Positions 40,991 to 52,200 of a stretch of 64,000 bases of DNA are shown here, piece after piece; within the stretch, counting starts at the first letter, position 1; the number at the start of each line of letters is the position of its first letter. Under the pieces are notes generated by a model. The model ran no database searches, had not been told where the DNA came from, and saw only the letters and a list, made by a program, of their open reading frames with translations. The DNA lies in the NCBI RefSeq assembly GCF_037042905.1, contig NC_087252.1:2544001-2608000 (forward strand), read 5' to 3'. The DNA is from Lytechinus pictus (lineage: Eukaryota). Both the position numbers and the translations under genes were made by a program.

Positions 40991-42243
40991 TTATCTATTG
41001 ACCAAAATTAACAGTCTGGAATCTTTTTCTAAATCTTTAGTTCTACATTTTCGATTGAGGTTAAGTCCCTCACCACTCATAGTCTGGCATTGATTAATCC
41101 TATAGTTGTTACAATTTTACATCACTGCCACATTCATGCTGACTCAGACAGCAGAAGTAGTGCAATTTTACAACAGGCGGCAGTGACAAATTCTATCTTC
41201 ATTGCTTTGCCAAATTTTTTCCTTTTTTCACTGCTATTCCTCCTAATCCTTCTGATACAGCCTTAATCCAGCCTTATCACAAATTATTTTAAAAATTCAT
41301 TTGAAACTTGGAATTGAGCAATTGATTGTGATTGTTGGAATAATCGTTTTTATCCATTTGTAATGAGGAGGCATTGCCAAAGTGATAAGTCTCAATTCAT
41401 TCAATCTTATTTAGGGGCATTTAGGCTCTGATGTGAGGTTTAGGAGAGTGCCATTCCCATAAAAACAAAGTTGATTGAATTTTGAATTTATTAACAAACT
41501 TCATTCATTTGGCATGAATATTTTGTTTTAAAATATATACAATGATAACATAAAAAAAAAACATTCATAACTGTATGCCGTATAAATCAGTAACACATCA
41601 ATACATAGATTTCCATTAATATACAGAAGAGAAATGACAAATTGAAATTTAACATAAAGAAGGTGTAGCATAATGCAATATACACAAGTTATTTAATTAT
41701 CGAATACAAATCAGGAAGTAAATAAATGTCTAATGTTAGAGATATATCTTTGGTGATGGTGGCTGAATACTTGACAATTAGGTTTTGATGAACAAAATAT
41801 ATTTTCTAGACTACAAAAAATGACTAAAAAACTAATAAGAACATTTTGTCACAAACTTTGAAGGGGGACACTTATTTTAAAGGCATATTTGTACACAATG
41901 TAATGTTTTATTGTTTCTAGAATCATAATGTGACAGTAAAGTTATCAGTCAGAAATCATGCGCCAGTTTCACGAAGAATTACTCAATTTCACAAGAAGCA
42001 TTTTGACGTCAAAATATAGAGGAGGGATTATTAGTCACAAAGCCCTAACATACAGCTCATTCTTCATGTTCACATCAATTACCCTGGGAAGACGTAGTAC
42101 GTTTATTAGATGCAATTTGGGTCATCTTTTCACTCTTTTTCGTGATGTTTGTTCCTCAGATGCATCATTCAATTTCTAGCATTCTGTTCCTTCATTCAAT
42201 TATATTCAGTTCATGTCATAAAGCTTCATTATGTCTGTGTTAA

Positions 42244-42843
42244 GGGGATGGTTTGGGCTGAAAATAGTTATATCTAAATAAATAGAGTAAAATTCACAGA
42301 GCAAAATGCTGAAAATTTCATCAAAGTCAGACAACAAATAACGAAGTTATTGAATTATAAAGTTTATCAATATTTTGTGAAAATAGTTATATGCACATCA
42401 TCATGAATATTCATTAGGTGGGCTGATGATGTCACATCCCCACTTTCCTTTTTCATATGTTATTACATGAAATCATAAATGTTTAATTTTTTCATGCATG
42501 TGTAAATGATGTGTCTCCATTATGATGAAATAAGTTGTGGCAGTAAATAACTAATGCACTTCAGTTGTCAATCCAATTGTTTTAGTTCTTGGTAGAAAAT
42601 TTTGAATAAACCTAATTTCATATAATAAAATACAAAAGAACAAGTGGGGATATGACATCATCAGCCCACCTAATGAATATTCATAAAGACATACCTAGAA
42701 CTGTTTCACCGGAATAATGCAAATCTTAAACATTCAATAACTTTGTTATTTGTTATCCGATTTTGATCAAATTTTCAGCATTTTGCTTTGTGAATTTTAC
42801 TCTATTTATTGAGATATAAATATCTCCAGCCTGGACCATCACT
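42244..42843. mobile_element. Kolobok-like MITE with TTAA TSD
   Basis: TTAA|ggggatggt...aaatagagtaaaattcacagagcaaaatgctgaaaattt ... aaattttcagcattttgctttgtgaattttactctattt...accatcact|TTAA. Confidence 0.8.
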
Positions 42844-42920
42844 TTAAATGGTGGGATATTACAACTGATTTGCTTTCACACTGACATATTAGAATGAATT
42901 TCCCAGCCAGAGGACTCCTC

Positions 42921-43157
42921 GGTCCTGTCTTACAACGATTTGTGATTGATCCGATCAATTTCAACTATGGAAATCTATCAAATGAAAGCCATAATTTTTC
43001 CTCCAGGAAATTCTCAAAATGTCCTTTGTAAACAAAGCAGAGCACAGAAAACAACGATAAATGTAAACATTTTGGACAAACTTTAGCTGTTAGCATTGCT
43101 GGCTTTCCGTAGTTGCGATTGATTTGATCAATCGCAACTCTTTGTTAGACACGGTCC
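42921..43157. mobile_element. Degenerate MITE
   Basis: ggtcctgtcttacaacga..tgtgattgatc vs gatcaatcgcaactctttgttagacacggtcc. Confidence 0.55.
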
Positions 43158-43158
43158 T

Positions 43159-43317
43159 GGGGCCCGTTTCATTAAGGACTTGCAACTGTTGTAACCTTGC
43201 CATTATGGCAACTACCATGGAAGCCTTGATTTTGATTGGCTGCTGAGCCCTGTTACAATGGCAGTTGCCATTATGGCAAAGTTACAACAGTTACAAGTCC
43301 TTTATGAAACGGGCCCC
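43159..43317. mobile_element. Short palindromic MITE (GGGGCCC termini, Harbinger-like)
   Basis: ggggcccgtttcattaaggacttgcaactgttgtaac ... gttacaacagttacaagtcctttatgaaacgggcccc. Related relics at ~28076-28212, ~37250-37390 and ~52320-52400. Confidence 0.8.
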
Positions 43318-44084
43318 TGGTATTCTTTATTTTCAGCTAAGTCTGAAAGAACCTACTCTGACTTTGTTTTGAGACGTGGAGGCAAGTGTTCCATCTTACA
43401 TCTTTATCAAGAGAATACTTGCAGATTCAGTAAAAGCTGTGAGTCACTGTTTTGACTTCTGAAGATCATCCCATACACTGTTATGAAAACGGTAATTTGT
43501 TTGCCCAAGACCATTTGCACTCGTCCAAGAAATGAACAGAACTGAACTAGCCTCTTTCAAAGGCAGTTATTGACAAGATTTTCAAGTAAGTTCAAAACCT
43601 CAGAAGCATCAATTTCAGTTTTCTGGAAATTTGTATTTCATGGGTTCACATCAGCGATGGTGACTGTACATTATTTGTTTTATTTCTCCTTGCCGTCCAT
43701 ATCTGTATATCATTTTACAGTAAAAACCAGCAGTAGAATATTGAAACAATCAGAGACTAAAGTGTGCTGTTTGACCTTCCCTTAGAATGAATCAGCATGA
43801 TTTGAAGTCCTATCCAAAGTCATATGAAGATACACACATACACCTCCTTCTTTTTAATAATACATGTAGATTTGTTTCCTGTGATGAGTAAATAGGTATA
43901 AGATACCTGTATGGTCATTCACCTTTTATTAAACTTGACGTCATGCAAGGACTATCATTTTGTTGAAACTGTTAAGTTTATCCACCAAGCATAATGAGTA
44001 GAGGGGACATGAAACATCACAATGAATATACAAGTAATGATGATAATAATTGTAATTTGCAACTTTAAGATAGTGCTTAATACC

Positions 44085-44298
44085 TGGTGCTAAGTGCTGC
44101 ATACTATTACCCTGGCCTTAACATGGCTGCCCAGATCATTCCTACCTGGTGCCCATTTACTACACCTGAATGGAGAGTGGCAAATGCAGATAAATGACTT
44201 GCCAAAAGACACAAGTGCCACTTTCAGCTGCATGCGAACCCCATCCCTTGTGGTTCAAAGACTGGAGACTTAAGATATCCACTTAGCCACAGCACCCA
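44085..44298 (-). mobile_element. Degraded tRNA-derived SINE
   Basis: The minus strand starts gggtgctgtggctaagtggata (A box), then gggttcgc (B box-like) and the ctctccattcaggtgtagtaaatgggcacc core. Core fragments also at ~26165-26255 and ~45460-45510. Confidence 0.6.
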
Positions 44299-45008
44299 GT
44301 TGTCAATATAGTAATAAAAAATATTCATAAATTCAGTATTTGATTCTCCATCTAAATGGAGTACATGTATATGTATGTCAAATAGATATCAAACGTAATA
44401 AATGAAAATAAAAAAAAATCTACCCTCAGTAGCTAATCTATCCCCATTTAGCCTAGCTTTGCCTCATAGTCCCTCTTTATGAATCAGCAATTAATTCTTA
44501 ACCAGGGATGACTTTGTTGACGTCTACAATGGAGTGGTATGAAGGATCAAGTTCAAGCCTTATCTCCGCATTCCCCTTGGCGTAGGGATCGTCTTACAGG
44601 TAACTTCATCAGGGAATTGTTGCGATGATAGGTCCCTCGACCACAGGTGCATGGTGGTTTCTGATGGGTACTTCTTGTGCTTTTCAAAAAGGGAAGTACT
44701 TTCTATGCCCCTGGTAGAATGTATTTATTTGTCTTTGTAGAATATATTTTAATTTGTGATCAGCCACCTCAAAGAAAATGAAATTACTTTTCGGCTATTT
44801 ACAAAGAACCTTCCCTGGCATCTAATTGTTGGTTTGGTGTGGCTTGTCACATCATTCACTTTCTGATGTTTAATAAATTTAAAAGGTGAACAAAAATGAT
44901 CTTGTTGAAGCCTTGTCAGTCTTGTCCAAGTATCTCTTTCCTGTCTTCAAGTAGAAGTTTGATCAGTAGTTGATACGGTGAAAAGAATAATAGTCAAATA
45001 AACTCTTA

Positions 45009-45320
45009 GGCCCATATTCTGAAGTCAGGTTTAACTTAGACCATGGTCTAACTCTGTACTAAAATTATGGGAAGCCAAACGTTTTAAAATTTTGTTTACA
45101 GTGAATGCTTCTCATGTTTACTATGCTCTTTACTAATTCTTAAATGGTGAAGACAACTGTCATACTTGTCCTTTCCAGACAGTTAATAATGTATTGGGAG
45201 TCAAATTAGCTGATACATTGAACCTCTACCATTAGTGATTTATGTCACAACTGGCTTTCCATAGTTAAACCACCACTTTAAACCTGAGTTAAAGTTAAAC
45301 CCGACTGCAGAATATGGGCC
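45009..45320. mobile_element. PIF/Harbinger (Tourist-like) MITE, 312 bp, TTA TSD
   Basis: TTA|ggcccatattctgaagtcaggtttaac ... gttaaacccgactgcagaatatgggcc|TTA. Confidence 0.9.
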
Positions 45321-46426
45321 TTATTATGTGTATCTGTCTTGGTCAGGTTTCACTTTCTCAGATATGGCACATCATTGTTGCCCCATCTACACCATCACCT
45401 CCATTCAACTATTAAAGTATTTCAAGCAATGAATCTTGCAGGGATACCTATAGTTAGCTTCACCTGGGTAGAGTGTGGCAAATGAAGATCAATGTCTTTC
45501 AAAAGGGAATAGCGCGATTACTGGATTTGCACATCTTACCCTGTTATATGAATTCAAGAGAGTTGCCCACCAAAACATGATACTTTTCTATAGCCGGAAA
45601 AAAAATATGTGGGGGCTTGGGGCGATTTCTCTCTCCCCTCCCCCCCCCCCCAAATGATAAAACAGAGCCCTTGAAAATAAAGAGCCCTGGAAGTGCTAAA
45701 GCTTATCCAATGTTGCAGATTTACGTAGTAGGTTGTGAAAAGTTGCCTGCCAAAAAAAAAATATTGAAGAAAAATTGCCTGCTCTCCAGGGTTGCATAGG
45801 ACTGACCAATATTAGCCTACCCCTGTATTCTGATGTCATCAGTTTTTATAACGTATTTTGGATAATATGTTCTGAAGCATCAATGTTATGAACTGGTTTG
45901 TGATGATGACACTTGGCTGAACTCCCACCAAAAGTGAGAACTATTAGACAATACGACCACAGAGGGGGTTTTATCAACACCGCATCACTGAACGTTATGG
46001 AGAGCCACGACTCCTGGGACTTGGTAGAAGCTATCTTCCAGCCGTTGGTTGTTTCTTCTCCTTTATCTTAATTTCTGTTTTAGGCGGGTGATCGGATGTT
46101 CCTCTGGACAAAGTTAGGATGTGAATGTGTGTTATCTTGAATGCCATGACCGTCTTTGAAAGTGGGGCTCGTACTTTGGGGTAGTTTCGCTTTTTCTGGA
46201 AGGTGTCGGATTTGACAGGTGAGGTGAGAAACTGGGTTGTCGGAGTGTTGTTTGCATTTCAGCTGGCAGGGTTTGGGTAAGATGGAATAGTTTTCATGTT
46301 TTTTTTTCCTTTGAGGTTCGTTTGTTTTCTATGACGTACTTGCAAACTGTTTGTTGCAAACCAGCAATGACATAGTGGCATGTTGATGAAGAGATTATGA
46401 ATTTTCTTCAACTGCATGTGGGGATG

Positions 46427-46817
46427 TAGCCTATAATCTAGGCGGAGGCTGTAGTTATTGTCTTTGCTGTTATGCTGAACGCAAGATATATGTCTGATCT
46501 GGCGAAGACTATGCATTTGTGGCTGCGAAGCAACCACCGCCTATACACTCCCGTCTTGCTTTGGATGTTGTTTTTTATTATCGACCTTGAAATGACGCCA
46601 GTTTTTCGTACAAAAAATTTTCATGCATATGTATGAGAAGAAGTAAATCGGACCAATCAGAAATCAGTCTTTGCCAGATCAGACGTATCTCTTGCGTTCA
46701 GCATAACAGCAAAGACAATAACTGCAGCCTCCGCCTAGTAGTCTTCGCCAGATCAGACGTATCTCTTGCGTTCAGCATAACAGCAAAGACAATAACTGCA
46801 GCCTAGATTATAGGCTA
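46427..46817. mobile_element. TAG...CTA element with perfect 9-bp TSD (AcademH-like) and a duplicated right arm
   Basis: gtggggatg|tagcctataatctaggc ... gcctagattataggcta|gtggggatg. The ~70-bp arm occurs once on the left and twice inverted on the right. Confidence 0.88.
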
Positions 46818-46943
46818 GTGGGGATGAAGATGAAAATGATGGATAAACATTCATCTCCTCTCAGTAATAATGTTAATGGTAATGTTCATGCTGAAGATGA
46901 TGATGGTGAAAAAAAATTTTAGAGCGATAGTTGTGTTGACAGT

Positions 46944-46957
46944 GGTGATGATGATGG

Positions 46958-47000
<43 letters not shown>

Positions 47001-47165
47001 GATGATAACAATTGCATCGCAATGGTTATGATGATAATAGTGCGATGTAGTTTGGATTGATGATGATAATGGAAATGATGTTAATGATGATATGTGATAA
47101 TAATGATAATATACAATGATGATGATGATGACGGCTATGATGATGATGATGATGATGATAATGCT
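46944..47165 (+). repeat. (GAT)n microsatellite region
   Basis: Read directly. Confidence 0.9.
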
Positions 47166-47577
47166 TATGTTGATGTTGGTGATGTATATTTCATGGCTTA
47201 GGCTACCCTCATGATCTTACAATAACTTTATTTATTTTCCATTCTTAGATTGATATTTTGATTTATTATTAAATGATTTCTGTAATCATTTGGCAATCAT
47301 TCCTTGCAAACTCCCAAATATATCTAACTGTATCCAAATTCACATAGAAACATACTATATTTGTACCGCTCCCTTTCCTTTCTGCCCCCCTTTTGAGGTG
47401 TGATCCTACCCCATATGGATTTAATTAAAGGCCTACTTATAATTTTAATTAGGGGGTGTGACAAAGTTAGATAATTTTATCCCAGTGATTCAGAGAATGT
47501 GGGCCTGGATCAGGGGTATAATCAGGGGTATGTAGCTAGGGTGTGCCAAAAACGAGGTTGAATAATCCCTTGTCTGC

Positions 47578-47878
47578 AGAAGGGGAGGTATTGGGAGAGA
47601 GAGATAGGGAGAGGGGGTGAGAAAAAGAGAGGGAGAGAGGGGGGAGATGGAAGGAGCTAGATACAAAGAGAGAGAGGTCTAGAGGAGGAAGGGAAGAGGG
47701 ATGGAGAGACAGCAGAGAGGGAGAGAGAGAAGGGGTACATGTAGAGACGGAATGACTTTAGAAGAGTGTGGCAGAGAGGAGGAAAGGGAGAGGGGGTGGA
47801 GAGAATGAGAGGAAGAGAGGGGAGATGGAGAGAGAAGGGACAGAGGGGAGAGTAAGAGAGAGAGAGAGGGGGGAAGGT
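47578..47878 (+). repeat. GA-rich polypurine tract
   Basis: Read directly; it ends about 200 bp upstream of SIDT exon A. Confidence 0.85.
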
Positions 47879-48078
47879 ATAATGGCCTCAATATTGTCGT
47901 ATGTTGAAAATAAAATTATCCTTGCCTACTATAGGCTGAATATGCTTTGCCTATAAAAAAAAAAATTATAAAACCACTCTTAGTTTTAAAGCCAAATTAA
48001 AATCTTGGCCTGAAAGTTTGTCAATATTTTATTCTGCTATCAATCTTTTGTATTTATTTTCTTTTTTCCTTTCTGTAG

Positions 48079-48181
48079 GTCTTTGCATCAATTTACTTCT
48101 ACATCGTCTTTTTCTTTGTTCATATGCTTACCTGCCTTGGACTCAGTGCACAAATCTACTATATGGGCACCGTCAGGATTG
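48079..48181 (+). CDS. SIDT: SID-1/SIDT family transmembrane protein, internal exon A (VFASIYFYIVFFFVHMLTCLGLSAQIYYMGTVRI+D)
   Basis: Polypyrimidine tract and tag| acceptor (ttcctttctgtag|GTC); donor G|gtaggt; 103 nt, phase 0 to 1. The translation matches, from memory, the SIDT1/2 segment [28 protein letters not shown]. Confidence 0.9.
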
Positions 48182-48984
48182 GTAGGTGTTTCATCATCAG
48201 TTGTTTATACATTATACATTTTTTCAAGTTCAAGTTTATTTCATTTCTCAACTCAATGATACAACATAGGAAATAATTACACAGATATAAAATGATAACC
48301 ATACAAATCAATACAAATGAATATACATTGCAAGCAATATGACTATACAAGAAAAGTAAAAAAATGTTTATGGTAAACACTAAATAACGAGATAATCATA
48401 TTAACCAATAACAATATATAGAAGGGAAATAGAACAAAATGTATACAATTCTCGATAAAACGATTTGCAAGGCTACCTTTATAACTCTTTTTTCAATAAA
48501 AAAAAGTTGAGTAAATGGAGGGATCCATGAAAAAGCAGGGCTTGTTGAATGTGGATCCCTCAAAGAATTGATCAAAGATTTGTAGGTACAGGTATAAAAA
48601 CGAAAATGAGAATGAGAGGAAGAAAAAAATTTGAAGAAAAAAAGTCAGAATAATCTGAATAAAAATCTACAGTCCAAAGGCACATCCTCACTCTCAACAA
48701 ATCTATGCCGAAAGATGTGTAGATTTTTTCTTTTCATAATTTGATCTTAATAACAGCATCATGGTTGAAATCAGTGATAGCCTTTAGAAAAAGCTCAGTG
48801 TCAGTTATCATGTTTATTTCAAATGCCAACTGACTGTCCAAAGACTAGTCGCTGGTGGATGCGAGCTCAGCTACAGAGCCCTTAGGAACCTGACTTGGAT
48901 TCCTTATGTTAACCATTATTTCTGACTTATGATTGCTAGTTTAGAGGTAGTGGCCTATCAGCGAGCATATCCTTTGCATTGTGT

Positions 48985-49270
48985 GGAGCGTTGTGGCCCA
49001 GTGGATAAGTCTTCTGACTTTAAAACAGAGGGTCATGGGTTTGAATCCCAGCCATGGTGTAATATCCTTCAGCAAGAAATGTATCCACATTGTGCTGCAC
49101 TCAACCCAGGTGAGGTGAATGGGTACCCGGTAGAAAGAAATCTGTTGAATGCCTAGGCAGCCCAGCTAAAGCCGGGGTAATAATAATAGCAGGGCCTGCT
49201 GCCGCGCTGGGAGAACAGTTTTCAGAACTAAAGTGGCTTCCCTGGGTAAATATACCTATATTATTATTAT
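48985..49270 (+). mobile_element. tRNA-derived SINE
   Basis: A box tggcccagtgg, B box ggtttgaatccc, core caacccaggtgaggtgaatgggtacccgg and a (tat)n tail. Confidence 0.85.
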
Positions 49271-52200
49271 CATCAATGAATCCCGTACAACAGAAGCGAA
49301 GTGTACCAGTCGAATGACATCATCAGCATTGACGATACTGATTGGCGCATCAGTATGCTCATGAATAATTCATACATCCACATTTCCACCAGAATCCAAA
49401 AGGCCTGAAATTGCTTGATCGATCGCACGTTCACCCGGGTCTCGCCAACTCTCTTCTTCGACCGCTAGTCTCGTCTCAGCCACTACTTGGCGAGAAATCA
49501 GTGCAAATAGGGTTTGTTCTTTTGCAAATAGCAAGAAGTTCACTCTGTAGTTTATGAAATAGTTCCTGCTAGGTGCGTGTGTGATTCTTCATTTAATTAT
49601 CATGATTTTCACACTGATTCATGAAATTGAACCAGAGCCAAAACCAAATGGCTGTGCTCTTGCACGGAATCTGGTCACATTTTGTAAGCAGATGGCCGGT
49701 TTCATTGACTAATACTATTATGATCTTTTATGGTTTTATCAATGTGAAATGGGTTCGCATTGGGCGGAGTCACTGTTTCTCTTCACAGACGAAGGAGGGA
49801 TTGCGTTCATCCAAGCAGGAGAGGGTTTCACCATGCTACTTATCAGTAATATTTTGTTTTAAGCTATCAAATTCCTTGCATCTGATTGGCTGAAAGCAAT
49901 GTTTCATTGAAAAGATGCTTCGTGAAATGAACCCTGGACCTCAAAACCAGCCAAGAACCTATTGATTGCTTGTCTGCATGGAATGTAATCAAACTACATC
50001 ATAAATACCGTCAGCCGAATATGTAACAACATTTGCCCTCAAACTTATCTACCCCCCCCCCCCCCATGGTAATAAGCCCGTGGATGTAATTGTTTTTGTT
50101 ATCAATACAAAATGTAATTTGGCATGGATAGGGAAAAATATCCCCCCTCGAATTGAAAGTGTTAAGTGTTTCGGTATATGGCACCATTAAGAATTGATGC
50201 TTGGATTATATTCTTGGTGTGAAATGGGTCCAACATCTACATCAAAGGACATTCCTCATAGTGTAGCGCGTTTCACATTGATAGAACATGATGTGGATCC
50301 AAAGCCAAACACAACTAATTGTGCTTTAATTTGCACCAAATTTGTGTGTATGACAACACAAGTGACACTGGTCCCACTCCTTATGAATTAACGGGTGTGA
50401 ACAGATCCCTATGGTGCGTGATTAACACTTAACATTTCATGAATGTTTCACATGTTAAGCTTTGAATTTGATTTGATATGGAGCCAAAACAAGTGGTTTT
50501 GGTTTTTTGCTTTTGCACGAAATGTGATTATGGTGAAACACATATGCCATCATTTACCATACTCTCAGTTTCTGCACAAGTGTCAACGGGAATTTGCCAC
50601 GTGGGATTTTAGATGTTGCAACTTGTTCCGATCGATCGTCTTGAAACAAGATGCTTCAGTCTTCACAATTTCATCACTCTAGTATTTTAAAAGATGAAAT
50701 TCAGCATGATGGGTTTGACCATAGATTTTTTTTAAACACATCACTGCTTTATATAATAAGCCTATATATTATGAGCTTTTGTTCATGCTTGGTCCTCACT
50801 CTGGAATTCCCCATCTCGACAGATCTGTTGTATCAAATCAACTTAAAGCATTTAAAGTAAAACTGAAGACTTATTTGAAAGTGTTTTGTTTCTCTCTTTT
50901 CACCTGTGCACCTTGAGCATTTTATCAAAATAGATTTGACACCTTAGAAAATCACATTTATAATTATTACCATTATCATTATCATTTTTGTATTAAAAAG
51001 TATTAAAAAAAAGAACAAGGTAATTATAATAACTCATCAATACAAAATCAAATGTTAACTATCATATTTGTTTACAACTTTTAGTGGTAGAGGTTGACTA
51101 TTTTCGAGAGTATGTTAACTACCATGAATCATATTCAAAATACTTCAGGATATCTTTTGTTTGCCTTAAACAATTGGAGGCAGATGAGAGCTGAATTTTT
51201 GAACCCCAAGTCTCTATATGTCGACTTTTGTTTTCAGTTTTATCCAGTTGCCGGAAGAGATTAAAAAGGTCACATGATCTGAATTAGATGGAAGTCGCCT
51301 AACTCGTTGTCTGATCTGTCACTCATGGTATATGATAAGATTTAAAACATTTGCCCCAAGAAACAGAAGAAAATTATTTTTTTTAAGTGTGTAGTGAAAT
51401 ATTACGTACATGTACCGACAAGAAAAGGTCAATTATAGTTCATCAAACTTTTTTTTAAGGAGCAAGGTCTTTAGTTTTTCGGAAGTACCGTTAATAGAAA
51501 AAGGATATAGTTCAAATCTGCTTTCGTCTTTTGCTTTTTTTTTTTTTTACTTTTTGGGAGGATGTGAGAGGGATCTATACTGCATGATTCCATTTTGATT
51601 CCATTACTTTGCATTTAATTGTGAAACAGAGACTTTGATTAGTGTTCCTCTAGTTAATTACTTTAATATGGGTTTGAATGTACCTTTCTAAATGGGATAA
51701 TTAAAACCAGTTATATAATTAAGAGCTATGATATCCTGTTTCACATGTAACTGAATGCACTGAGTAATGTTTTCTTTTCACAAGAACTTTTTTTCTCTGT
51801 TTTTTTTTTCCTTCAAGGAATGTGTAGGGTGGTTAATTTCATATTTTTTATGTATATTAATAGGGGAGGGGGATGGAATGATTGAAAAAAAAATTGCCCA
51901 ACAAGTTTTATTTGAAGTTCTTTTTTTCATAACATTTTCTGTCATGTATATTAAGTTGATTTTAAACCAAATTGCTATGAATTACTGTTAAATAGAAATG
52001 TATTTAACCAAAATCATTCTAGACAAACTCTCAACTTGCATTTCAAATTGGTCTTAGGACCTCAATAATACAAAACCTAGGGCTTCACCAGGGTATTTGA
52101 AAGGGAGAAGGATGGGGGTGAGAGAAAACAATCTCCCTGTGACTTTTTTTCAGATGAAGAACTTGGGTGCAGAGTTTCACAACCCAGATCTCTAGTTTTT

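Noticed and set aside
44506..44599. AG...GT-bounded GC-richer segment as the missing upstream SIDT exon
   Set aside because: Stop codons in all three frames and no SIDT motif.
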